This document shows positions 1-9,557 of a stretch of DNA of 64,000 bases, in pieces. The notes below the pieces were generated by a model. It made no database searches, had not been told where the DNA came from, and was given only the letters and a program-made list of their open reading frames with translations. The stretch lies in contig CASEKC010000001.1 in the NCBI GenBank assembly GCA_949288485.1, positions 7,070 through 71,069 on the forward strand, read 5' to 3'. This DNA comes from an uncultured bacterium (GTDB taxonomy: Bacteria; Bacillota_I; Bacilli_A; RFN20; CAG-826). Numbering within the stretch: the first letter of the stretch is position 1; each line of letters starts with the position of its first letter. The position numbers and the translations under genes were made by a program.

Positions 1-224
1 TTAAAATTACGATTATAAAATCTTTTTAATAAAGAAAGAGGATATGAACTTAAGTTAACATCTTTTTCATCAAGTATATATCCTAAACTTAAAAAGGAAG
101 TTTTTAAGTTTAATATTTCTTCTCCATTATTTATATTTTTATCTTCTTCATTATCAAGTGAAGGAAGATTATCAATATAAATAATGTTATTTTTTAATAA
201 TAAATAAAGAATTTCTTTTGTCAT
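1..224 (-). CDS. 5' part of a gene running off the window edge (hypothetical; resembles N-terminus of large stress/TerD-associated cytoplasmic proteins)
   Basis: ATG at 224-222 with AAGGAG RBS upstream; open frame MTKEILYLLLKNNIIYI...TSFLSLGYILDEK...LLKRFYNRNF to the edge; family resemblance is from memory and weak. Confidence 0.6.
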   Translation of the reverse strand, partial: MTKEILYLLLKNNIIYIDNLPSLDNEEDKNINNGEEILNLKTSFLSLGYILDEKDVNLSSYPLSLLKRFYNRNF

Positions 225-301
225 AACCTGCTTTCTCCTTTCGTTACAAACATTATAAGAATGTATTTATATAGAAGAAAGGTAGTAAAATAAATATATT
301 T

Positions 302-379
302 TTTGACCCCATAAAATTAGGACAAATATCATTATTTATAAAAATTTATATATACTTTTTGCACCCATTTTAGGTACAA
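302..379. promoter_or_regulatory. Divergent promoter region with two imperfect dyads (candidate WYL operators)
   Basis: TTTGACC-N11-GGACAAA (302-326) and TTGCACC-N7-GGTACAA (359-379); the second overlaps a TACAAT -10 box 7 nt before the ATG at 388. Confidence 0.4.
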
Positions 380-387
380 TTTATTAT

Positions 388-1362
388 ATGGAAGAGAAAA
401 TTAAAATAAGTATTAGTGAAGAAATATATGAATTATTAAAAAAAGATTCATTAGATTTTGATATTACTCACAAAAATAAAAAGATAAATTTAAATCTCTT
501 TTTAAATATATTAATAGCGAATTATTATGAAGATTTTTCTAAAATAGATTTATCAATCAATAAAAATATTTCAAAAATTATTAATAATGATGATCCAGAA
601 TTAATTAAAAAAATTATTCAGTGTGTAAATAATTCAGATTCTTTATTAAAAAAGAAAGAGAAAACTAAGTCTTTTTCTTTTAGACCAACAAAATTAATTG
701 AAAAAATAGTAGTACATATTACAAATTATTTAATTAATGGTGAATCAATATCGTCTTTTTATCGTCGTTTATTTACTAGTTATTCTAAAAAAATCAAAAA
801 TGAAAGAGAAAAAATAATCTTTAAAGAAACATATAATAATATTTTAAATTCAATAAAAGAAAGAAAAAAAGCTTTTATTGAATTTAAAAGTGGAGCAATC
901 TATAAAGATGCTTCAATATATGATATTAAAACTCCTAAAGATGAATTTTATAATTATGTTTTATTTGAAACTAATAATGGAATAAGAGTAACTGTTAGAT
1001 TATGTAAAATTAAACAAGTTATTGTTTTATCATCGCCATCTTCATTTTTAGATAAAAATATAACTTTATTTAAAAAAAGTATTAAATATGGTGTTCAATA
1101 TTTATTGGAAGATAATGAAAATGAACCAGTTAAAATTGCTTTATCTTCTAAAGGAATAAAGTTATATAATCGAATTTATCTTTATCGTCCAGATTATGAA
1201 GATGTTAAAAATAATATTTATACGTTTAATGGACCATATGATCATATTCTTCAATATTTTAGAAGATTTGGTAAAGAAGCATTCATTATTTCACCATTAT
1301 CTTTAAGAAAGAAAATGGAATATTTTTATAGTGAAGCTTATAAACGATATAAGAGGTATTAG
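388..1362 (+). CDS. WYL/WCX-domain transcriptional regulator with RHH-like N-terminus
   Basis: 324 aa; EREKIIFKE linker, FYNYVL...VRLCKIKQV WYL-like core, C-terminal YFRRFGKEAFIISPLSLRKKM WCX-like motif. Confidence 0.75.
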   Translation: MEEKIKISISEEIYELLKKDSLDFDITHKNKKINLNLFLNILIANYYEDFSKIDLSINKNISKIINNDDPELIKKIIQCVNNSDSLLKKKEKTKSFSFRPTKLIEKIVVHITNYLINGESISSFYRRLFTSYSKKIKNEREKIIFKETYNNILNSIKERKKAFIEFKSGAIYKDASIYDIKTPKDEFYNYVLFETNNGIRVTVRLCKIKQVIVLSSPSSFLDKNITLFKKSIKYGVQYLLEDNENEPVKIALSSKGIKLYNRIYLYRPDYEDVKNNIYTFNGPYDHILQYFRRFGKEAFIISPLSLRKKMEYFYSEAYKRYKRY

Positions 1363-1384
1363 TTATAAGAAAATTGCTAATTAA

Positions 1385-1700
1385 CTAGTAATTATATTTA
1401 TTAAATGAAAAAGTATTATCTTCGTTAATTACTAAAACATTAATGTAATATGGAGAATCTATACAAATATTATCTTTTCCAAAATAAATATTATATGGAT
1501 CATCTTTATTAAAATGTGATACCTATAAATGACCATGAATTACTTTATCATAATTAAAATTATTAAAAGGTATCTTTGGTAAATATTTATTTGAATTAGT
1601 ATTTATTTCTATTATTAACCACAATGTTTTTTCTTCAGCTAATAACTTTTTATCATTTTTATACAATCGTATCTATTAAAATTATCTTTATAAATTTCAT
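1385..1700 (-). pseudogene. Remnant of a metallophosphoesterase C-terminus
   Basis: Minus-strand frame reads DKVIHGHL*VSHF...DNICIDS (HGH and ID motifs of Ser/Thr phosphatase-like enzymes); internal stop and no intact start. Confidence 0.35.
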
Positions 1701-1778
1701 AACTATATTTATGTGTAAATCACTATGACGTTGATATGGTTAAAATTGTTTAGATAAAAATCTTTAGGAGGTATTCTT

Positions 1779-2759
1779 ATGGCAAAAAAACGTGTTTTTT
1801 CTATAAAATCAGAATTGTTAACAAAATCTCGTGAAGCTATGTTAGCGGCAGTTCAAATTTATAATAATCCACGTATCACATTTAAAACTGAATCATTCAT
1901 TACACTATCAGTAATAAGTTGGACTTATCTTCTTCATGCTTATTTCAGGACAATAAAGGTGGATTATCGATATTTTGAAATAAAAGGTAAAAGAAAAATA
2001 TATAGTAAAACTAGATACGGCGCGTTTAAATTACGGGGATTAGAAACTTGTATAAAAGATATTAAATGCCCTTTAGACAAAGATACTATTACTAATCTCG
2101 AATTTATTATTGGTTTAAGACATGAAGTCGAACATCAAATGACCAATAAAATTGATGAATATTTGAGTGCGAAACTTCAAGCCTGTGCTCTCAACTATGA
2201 TTATTATATTTGTAAGTTGTTTGGTGATAAATATAACCTAAGTAATGAATTATCTTTGGCAATACAGTTTTCTCCTCTAACTCAAAATCAACAACAATTT
2301 TTAATAAATAATCCACATTGTACTTCGAATGTTGCCAATTTTGTTGTTAATTTTGAGAAAAATCTTTCAGACGAAATACTAAGTAGTTCGCGCTATGCGT
2401 ATAGAATTTTGTTTGTGCCAATTAACGCAAAAAGGAAAGGTCAAGCTGACCAAGTGATTGAATTTATTGATAGTAAATCACCTCTTGCAGATAGTATAGA
2501 AAAGAAATATGCTGTTTTAAAAGAGACAGAAAAGAAAAAGTACCTACCTGGTGAAGTGGTTAAAATAATGAACGAAAAAGGATATAATCTTTTTTCAATG
2601 ACTAGACATACTGAACTTTGGAAAGCAAAGAACGCAAAAGACCCTAGTCTTGGGTACGGGGTACTAGTTGCTAAAACCTGGTATTGGTATGAAAGTCGGG
2701 TTAATGAAGTGAAGAAACATTGTTTGTTGAACAAAAATAAATACAAAAACAATGGTTAA
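1779..2759 (+). CDS. DUF3644-family protein (HEPN-like RxxxxH)
   Basis: KSREAMLAAVQIYNNP, ISWTYLLHAY, LRHEVEH (R-x4-H); AGGAGG RBS; codon usage more GC-rich than neighbours; two in-frame CGG codons. Confidence 0.8.
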   Translation: MAKKRVFSIKSELLTKSREAMLAAVQIYNNPRITFKTESFITLSVISWTYLLHAYFRTIKVDYRYFEIKGKRKIYSKTRYGAFKLRGLETCIKDIKCPLDKDTITNLEFIIGLRHEVEHQMTNKIDEYLSAKLQACALNYDYYICKLFGDKYNLSNELSLAIQFSPLTQNQQQFLINNPHCTSNVANFVVNFEKNLSDEILSSSRYAYRILFVPINAKRKGQADQVIEFIDSKSPLADSIEKKYAVLKETEKKKYLPGEVVKIMNEKGYNLFSMTRHTELWKAKNAKDPSLGYGVLVAKTWYWYESRVNEVKKHCLLNKNKYKNNG

Positions 2760-2932
2760 TTTTTTTAAATTAAGAATCTATTTTAAAATGAAGATAGTTA
2801 TATACTGACAACTTTCTATTACAATAAAAATATTTCTTTTATTTTTTACTATTTTTACTATTTTTATAACATTTATTATTGTTATAAAAATAAGGTAAGA
2901 TAAAGAAATAAGATTTAAGAGGTATCAAATAT

Positions 2933-3578
2933 ATGGAAAATAAGTTTTTAATAAAAATTAGTGGTGTAATAATGATATTAAATATGATTGTTACTTTACT
3001 AGGAGTAATTTTTAAGCAACGTGAAATAGAAATAGATGAAATAAAAATAATCCAATATATAGTAATTTACTTTATTTTAGCTAGTATTGTAACAGGTTTA
3101 TCATTTTTCATTGGTAATGAAAAATATAATAATAAATATAATTTTACTTTATTACTTTTAATTTATTTATTATTAGGTGGAACAACATACTTTAATATAA
3201 GTATTATTTATATCTATGAAGATATTAATTTAATGTTATTCTTTAAATATTTTAATATAGTATGTTTTTCTTTAAGTGCTTTATTTGCTCTATTTTATGG
3301 AGTATCTAATTTAGATAATTTAACCTTTGAAATAAAAAATTTAAAAACAAGACTTAATAAATTAGAAGATTGAACAAATTAATTCAACAAACTTTTTAAT
3401 TTCTAAAGTAAAAGAAAATAATAATATATTTGCTGATTCTAATATAAATAATATTTTAAATAATAAATTATTAAGTAATGAAGAAAAGATTTATAAACTT
3501 ATCGAACTTAAAAATAAAGATGAAATAAGTTTAGAAGAATATGAAAGAGCAGTTAAACTAATTATTGAAGGTAAATAA
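2933..3578 (+). pseudogene. Four-TM membrane protein with frameshifted C-terminal SHOCT-like tail
   Basis: ORF 2933-3373 has four hydrophobic helices; another frame from ~3367 continues KIEQINS...KIYKLIELKNKDEISLEEYERAVKLIIEGK* to 3578. Confidence 0.55.
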
Positions 3579-3606
3579 TATTTATTTATTAATCTATATA
3601 TTTATT

Positions 3607-4321
3607 ATGAGTATATTACAAAAATTATTTAAAAGAATATTTAAGAATAAAATAAATAATTATAAAGGAAAGAAAGGAGAAAAAAGAGTTAATAAAAAAC
3701 TTAATCCATTCTTTTCTTTTCTTATTCAATTAATCTAAGTGATTATATCTTTATTGATGAGAAAAATATTTCTCATCAATTAGATCATATTGAAATAAGA
3801 AGTAATGGAATATTTGTTATCGAAACTAAAAACTATATTGGAAAGATATATGGAGAGAAAGCTAGTAGTAAGTGGAGACAAGTTTTATATAATAAGATTA
3901 ATTATTTTTATAATCCATTAAAACAAAATAATTCTCATATTTATCATTTAAATAAACATTAAATGATAAATATAAAATTAATTCTTTAATCGTATTTACT
4001 AATAATAATGCACCTTTTATAGAAGATATAGATAATTGTATTAATTTAGAGAAGTTAAAAGAATATTTAGAAAATTTTGATAATGGAATAAAATTAAAAA
4101 AAGAAGAAATAGATTCTATATATAATGAATTAATTGAAAAAGAAGTTGATGTAGATCAAGATAAACATTTAGAAAATATTGATAAACAAAAAGAAGATAT
4201 TAAAAATGGAATATGTCCTAGATGTGGAGCAAAAATAGTTAAAAGAAATGGTAAATATGATGAATTTTATGGATGAACTAATTATCCTAAGTGTAATTTT
4301 AAGATTAAAGATATAGAATAA
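3607..4321 (+). pseudogene. NERD nuclease-related domain plus topoisomerase-type Zn ribbon, disrupted
   Basis: KGKKGEKRV, QLDHIEIRSNGIFVIETKNY.GKIYG, FYNPLKQN.SH, GICPRCG...FYG*TNYPKCNF; frameshifts plus TGA at 4274 in place of Cys. Confidence 0.85.
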
Positions 4322-4403
4322 GTAAGATTTTTACTAATGTTAAAAAACAATGAAAATTCAAAAATAAGCATTAAGTATTGTATAAGGAAAAATAGGTGCT
4401 GGA

Positions 4404-5759
4404 ATGAGTGATTTATTTCAAAACGAAGATATTATTGTTACAAGCGTTGATAAATTATTAAACGCTAATTTAATTATCCCAAAATATCAAAGATCATATA
4501 AATGGACCGTTAAAAATGTTAATAATTTACTTTTAGATATTAAAGAAGCAATTGATAATAGTGAAAAATTTGGAAATGAATTCAAATATCGAATAGGAAC
4601 AATTATTTTATATGAAAATAATAATGAATATAACCATCAACAATATGAAATTGTTGATGGCCAACAAAGAATAATTACTTTAAGTTTAATAAAATATGTT
4701 TTAGAAGAATTAAATAATAATTCTAATAATGAAAATTATATTAATGTTAATATTAATAACTCTATTTTAAAAAATAATTATTTTTTTGATGAAACTACAA
4801 GAATAAATTTAAATATTAACTATAAACGTATTAAAGATTATTTTTCTTTAAATAATTCAATAGAATTTCATAAATCATTTTTAGAATCTTTTGAAAAGAT
4901 TTTAGAAGCAGTAGTTGTTAAAGTAGATAAAATAAGTGAAGCTTTTCAACTTTTTGATTCTCAAAATACAAGAGGTAAAGCTTTATATCCTCATGATTTG
5001 TTAAAAGCTTATCATCTTAGAGAAATGAAAGATGATAGATATCAAATGATTCTCGCTGTTAAAAAGTGGGAAGAGAAAGATGATGAAGAGATTAAAATAC
5101 TTTTAGAAGAATATTTATTTCCTATTTGGAATTGGTCAAAAGGTTTTAAAACTAAAACTTTTAGTTCAAATGAGATTGATGTCTATAAAGGAATTAATGA
5201 AAAATATAATTATACATATGCTAAAAGAGCAGTCAATGCAATGCCTTATTTCCAAATAGGAGAACCATTTATTTCCGGAAATGATTTTTTTGAAATGATT
5301 CATTATTATTCCATCTTATTAGAAGATGTTAAAAAAGAAATAAAAGAAAATTATAATAAAATCTATGATATTTTAGAAAATAAAGAATATTGTAAAAGCA
5401 AAGGTTTTAAATATGCAAAAAATCTTTTTTATTGTGGAGTGCTTCATTACTATGATAAATTTAATAGGTTTGATAATGGGGCAATAAAAAAGATTTTTAC
5501 ATATGCATTTATGTTAAGAGTAGATATGGAAAATCTTAGTTATGAATCGATTAATAAGTATGCAATTGGTGAATCCAATGAAAGATATACAAATGAAAGA
5601 CCTTTATTTATGATTATAAATAATGCTAGATTACATAGTGAAATAACCGAATTAGATATCATTATTGATATTAAAAATAAAGATAAGAAAAAAGAAAACT
5701 GGAAAATGCTACATGATAGCATTTTAGAAATTAATGGAGTAAAGAAAAATGAGCAATAA
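4404..5759 (+). CDS. DUF262 (GmrS/ParB-like) domain protein
   Basis: IPKYQRSYKW, IVDGQQRIITL, FDSQNTRGKAL..HDLLKA motifs; no HNH-like C-terminus recognised. Confidence 0.85.
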   Translation: MSDLFQNEDIIVTSVDKLLNANLIIPKYQRSYKWTVKNVNNLLLDIKEAIDNSEKFGNEFKYRIGTIILYENNNEYNHQQYEIVDGQQRIITLSLIKYVLEELNNNSNNENYINVNINNSILKNNYFFDETTRINLNINYKRIKDYFSLNNSIEFHKSFLESFEKILEAVVVKVDKISEAFQLFDSQNTRGKALYPHDLLKAYHLREMKDDRYQMILAVKKWEEKDDEEIKILLEEYLFPIWNWSKGFKTKTFSSNEIDVYKGINEKYNYTYAKRAVNAMPYFQIGEPFISGNDFFEMIHYYSILLEDVKKEIKENYNKIYDILENKEYCKSKGFKYAKNLFYCGVLHYYDKFNRFDNGAIKKIFTYAFMLRVDMENLSYESINKYAIGESNERYTNERPLFMIINNARLHSEITELDIIIDIKNKDKKKENWKMLHDSILEINGVKKNEQ

Positions 5760-7713
5760 TAAAGGAGTAAAAAAAATACAAATTTTTGAAGGTGGAAATA
5801 CATCTATTTTTAGTAAACAAAGTTTTGTTATTCCTTTATATCAAAGAGCTTATGCTTGGAAAGAAAAAGAAATAGAACAACTTATAGATGATATTGATGA
5901 TATTGAAGATACAGTTGATCATTATTATATCGGAACATTAATTGTCCATAATAGAAACAAAGATTCAGATAATGATATTAATAATCAAAGCTCTGAAGAA
6001 AATACAAAACCTTTAGAAGTAATAGATGGACAACAACGATTAACAACTCTATTTTTATTGTTTAATTATTTAAATATTTGTGAAAAAAATGACGGTCATT
6101 TAACTTTTGAATGTAGAGATCGCTCGAATGATACTTTGAATAATCTTCTTCAAATAAATAATAATACTTATCAAGGAGATCTTGATAAACTAGAAAAGTC
6201 TATAATCGATGGTTCAAAAATAATTAAATCGAAATTTCGTGAAATAGAAGATCAAGATGAGTTTAAAAAGAAGTTAGAAAAGGTAGTTTTATACCAAATT
6301 GAAGTTCCTAAAAATACTGATTTAAATAGATATTTTGAAATCATGAATAGTAGAGGAGAACAACTCGAGCAACACGATATTTTAAAAGCCAAGTTGATTG
6401 ATTTCTTGGATAAAAATGATGAAAAAAGTAGAACTGTTTTTTCAACAATATGGGATGCTTGTAGAGATATGGACGATTATGTACAAATGCATTTCCATAG
6501 TGTTGGAAATAAAATAAGAAATACAATATTTGGGCAAAATTGGGATTATTATCCTAATAAAACTTGGGAAAATTTTTTAACTTGTTTTTCTAATGAAAAA
6601 GATGATAATAAAGAGTTTTCTTTTGAGAGTATTATAAAAACCGATATAAATAAATCGTATTTCAATGTGAAATTTGAAAATAATGACCAAGTTAGATTTA
6701 CGAGCATTATTAATAATTTTACTTACTTTTTATTGCATACTTTAAAAGTTTTTGTGAGATTTCATAAGTTAAAAAACGAAAATGATGAAGATTTTGTTTT
6801 AGAAGAATTATTAGATGATAAAAAATTAATTTCTTCTTTTGATAAGGTAATAAATGAAGCTTTTTATGAAAAGAAAAAAGTATCAGAAAATAAAAGTCAA
6901 TTTTCACAAGATTTCATTATTCTTTTGTTAAAAACGAGATTTCTTTATGATCGATTTATTATTAAAAGTGAAAAATCTGAAACTAATAAAGATGGAGAAT
7001 GGAGCTTAAATAGAATTGATACTTCTGGGCAACAAAGTAAAAAGAGAAGTTATTATCGTGATACTTTTTATAAAGCTGAACAAGAAAATTGTTTAATGTT
7101 AGAAGCTTGTTTACGTATTTCATATACTTCACCAAAAATAATGCACTGGATAACATATGCATTATATGATTTAATCGATAATCCTGATGGTAAAAATTTA
7201 TATAACACTCTTGAACAATATACAAAAGGAGAAATTAAGAAGAATTTTTTTGATAAAAAAGATTACGACACAATGGGTTTAGATACACCACATATTGTAT
7301 TTAATTATTTGGATTTCATTTTATGGAAAAACGAACGAAAGAACAGCCAATACCAAAACTTATTTAATGATTTTGAATTTAATTTTAGAAATTCGGTTGA
7401 ACATTTTTATCCCCAACATCCAACTGAAGTAGAAAGTGTTGGTGAAAAAGCTAATTATTTTGGTAATTTAGCATTATTATCTAGAGAAATAAATTCAAAA
7501 TTCAGTAATCTTACTCCTAGACAAAAAATTGAATATGGCGAAACAAAAACAGGTAGTTTAAAACTTAGACTTATGAGCGACATCATAAGAAATATGGATG
7601 AAAAAACTCAATCTTGGATTCAAGGTGGAGAAAGTAGTGAGTGCTTTAAACACGGTGAAAAAATGTTAGATATACTTTATGAGAATATATATAGTGATAA
7701 AAGGAATAAATAG
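5749..7713 (+). CDS. DUF262 + DUF1524 (HNH) protein, GmrSD/type IV restriction-like
   Basis: IPLYQRAYAW, VIDGQQRLTTL, FEIMNSRGEQL; C-terminal SVEHFYPQ...FGNLALLSREINSKFSN; overlaps upstream gene by 11 nt. Confidence 0.85.
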   Translation: MSNNKGVKKIQIFEGGNTSIFSKQSFVIPLYQRAYAWKEKEIEQLIDDIDDIEDTVDHYYIGTLIVHNRNKDSDNDINNQSSEENTKPLEVIDGQQRLTTLFLLFNYLNICEKNDGHLTFECRDRSNDTLNNLLQINNNTYQGDLDKLEKSIIDGSKIIKSKFREIEDQDEFKKKLEKVVLYQIEVPKNTDLNRYFEIMNSRGEQLEQHDILKAKLIDFLDKNDEKSRTVFSTIWDACRDMDDYVQMHFHSVGNKIRNTIFGQNWDYYPNKTWENFLTCFSNEKDDNKEFSFESIIKTDINKSYFNVKFENNDQVRFTSIINNFTYFLLHTLKVFVRFHKLKNENDEDFVLEELLDDKKLISSFDKVINEAFYEKKKVSENKSQFSQDFIILLLKTRFLYDRFIIKSEKSETNKDGEWSLNRIDTSGQQSKKRSYYRDTFYKAEQENCLMLEACLRISYTSPKIMHWITYALYDLIDNPDGKNLYNTLEQYTKGEIKKNFFDKKDYDTMGLDTPHIVFNYLDFILWKNERKNSQYQNLFNDFEFNFRNSVEHFYPQHPTEVESVGEKANYFGNLALLSREINSKFSNLTPRQKIEYGETKTGSLKLRLMSDIIRNMDEKTQSWIQGGESSECFKHGEKMLDILYENIYSDKRNK

Positions 7714-7847
7714 ATAGTTTTTAAACTAATTTTTGGAGAACATCTAAAATATAATATAACAGTTTCGTTATAAAAATGAGATAAGATAAAAAGAAATAAA
7801 AATTTAATTTATCTGCATTTTAAAAAAATATAAAAAGTGAGGCATGC

Positions 7848-8457
7848 ATGTGTAAGAAAAAAATTGATTTTAATAAAATATTCGAGGAATTTTTAATGAA
7901 CTTTGTAATCGTCAAAAAGATAGAAAAATTACTGAAGATACAATTCGATGTATATTATTTACGCAAATATATAATTTTGATAACGATTTAAATAATTATG
8001 TTTTGGAATAACCTTATCGTGGAAATGAGGAACCGTTTTTAAATAGCAAATTTAGTGGACAATTAAAATCAGATAAAAATGAATTAGATTTATTTTATTA
8101 TAATGATTCAAATAATTACGCTATAGAAATCTAATTTCATAGAAAACCCAATACGGCAGCAGCATATCCAAAGAATGCTGGTGAAGTTTTTGATGATATA
8201 AGAAGATTAAATTTAATTAAGGAAAATAATATCATTAAATATTTTGTTTATATAACTGATGATGATATGTACTATTACTATCTATCAGAAGGAGGAAAAA
8301 AGGGAATTCAAATAAGTTATTGAATGAAAATTTTAGAAAATTCTTTAATTGTAAATTAGGTTGTAATATCGAATTTAATAATAATACAAAAATCAGGGTA
8401 AATAGAATAAAAACTTTTTTAGAAAATGCATCAAAATCTTTTGCAAAAAATATGTAA
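7848..8457 (+). pseudogene. Disrupted PD-(D/E)XK restriction-endonuclease-like gene
   Basis: Frame reads VLE*PY...NELDLFYY...YAIEI*FHRK...GEVFDDIRRL...YFVYITDDDM; two in-frame TAA plus frameshifts. Confidence 0.55.
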
Positions 8458-8510
8458 TTTGAAAGACATTTTAGATTTAAAATTAAAAATTTTGACAATT
8501 AACACTATAA

Positions 8511-8760
8511 GGATTGCAAACAAATGGTACGAGTAGTTAAATCTGACTCAACTGCAAAGGTAAACGATTGGATTGTTTTAAAAAAACTTACTTCCGACGT
8601 TTAGTGAAAGTTGCTAGGAAATCTAGCCTAATCTATTAATCTTCTTGTCTTAGAAGATGGAGTTAGTAGTGTATAAGTCGTTCTTATACGCTAGGGCTAA
8701 TTTCGATTAGTGGCCGAATAAACAAAATTTAATTAAGAGTAAGGCGAAGGCTTACAAAGT
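8511..8760 (+). ncRNA. Candidate structured non-coding RNA (unassigned family)
   Basis: About 35% GC (87/250 by hand count) versus much lower intergenic GC nearby; at least seven helices with G-U pairs on the + strand, incl. 8561-72/8593-8603, 8613-17/8623-27, 8639-45/8652-58, 8667-77/8683-93, 8696-8701/8706-11 (UUCG loop). Confidence 0.6.
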
Positions 8761-8810
8761 TTATTTATCTTAAAACCCCTCCTTTAATGAAGGGGTTTTA
8801 AGATAAATAA
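8761..8810. terminator. Perfect 20-bp inverted repeat, intrinsic terminator-like
   Basis: TTATTTATCTTAAAACCCCT-N10-AGGGGTTTTAAGATAAATAA. Confidence 0.75.
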
Positions 8811-8841
8811 TAATAATGATTAAAAAGGAGGTGAAATATAT

Positions 8842-9453
8842 ATGGGAAAAGAATTTGTAATAAGTGATTTACATTTTAATCATGAAAACATTTTAGAATA
8901 TGAAAGAAATGAATTTTTAACAATTAAAGAACATGATGAATTTATAGTTACAAGATGGAATAAAACTGTTAAAAATGATGATACAGTTTATTTTTTAGGT
9001 GATTTAACAATGCATATAGATAAAGAATATATTATTTCTCTTATAGATAGACTTAATGGTTATAAGATCATGATTAAAGGTAATCATGATCTTAAAAGTA
9101 AAAACTATTATAAGGTATTAGGATTTAATGAAGTATATGATTCACCTATTTCTTTAGAAGATGGAAAAATAGTTTTATCCCATGAACCTATTAAAGAAGC
9201 TTGGGATAGTGAATATATTATTAATGTTCATGGACATTTACATAATAATGAAGTTATAAATAATAAGAATTATATTTGTGTAAGTGCTAAAACAGTTAAT
9301 TATCGCCCACAAAATTTAGGAAAGATAAAAGAATGGGCAAGAAAGAATTTAAAGAAGAGATTTGTTTCTGAAGCTTTTGCACGGTATAGAAATGATAAAA
9401 CAAGTAAAGATGAATTTTATAAGAATAATTACAATATTTTAGAAGATAAATAA
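8842..9453 (+). CDS. Calcineurin-like metallophosphoesterase (phage/accessory type)
   Basis: SDLHFNH, YFLGD, KGNHD, LSHEP, NVHGHLH metal-binding motifs; AAGGAGGTG RBS. Confidence 0.9.
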   Translation: MGKEFVISDLHFNHENILEYERNEFLTIKEHDEFIVTRWNKTVKNDDTVYFLGDLTMHIDKEYIISLIDRLNGYKIMIKGNHDLKSKNYYKVLGFNEVYDSPISLEDGKIVLSHEPIKEAWDSEYIINVHGHLHNNEVINNKNYICVSAKTVNYRPQNLGKIKEWARKNLKKRFVSEAFARYRNDKTSKDEFYKNNYNILEDK

Positions 9454-9557
9454 TGTGTTTATATTAACAAAAATAATATAAATAGATGGAACTTTTAAAA
9501 ATAAAAAACTAATTAAAAATCGCATAAAAGCATTCATATCTTTTATTTTTGTATCAC

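Noticed and set aside
4274..4276. TGA read-through (genetic code 4) suggested by an in-frame TGA in the NERD gene
   Set aside because: The position expects Cys, not Trp; the gene has other lesions; core ORFs are full length with TGA as stop and use TGG for Trp.
8511..8760. tmRNA, RNase P, group I/II intron or hammerhead identity for the structured region
   Set aside because: No tRNA-like ends or CCA, no GAGGAAAGUCC, no P7 or domain V motifs, and no CUGANGA core found.
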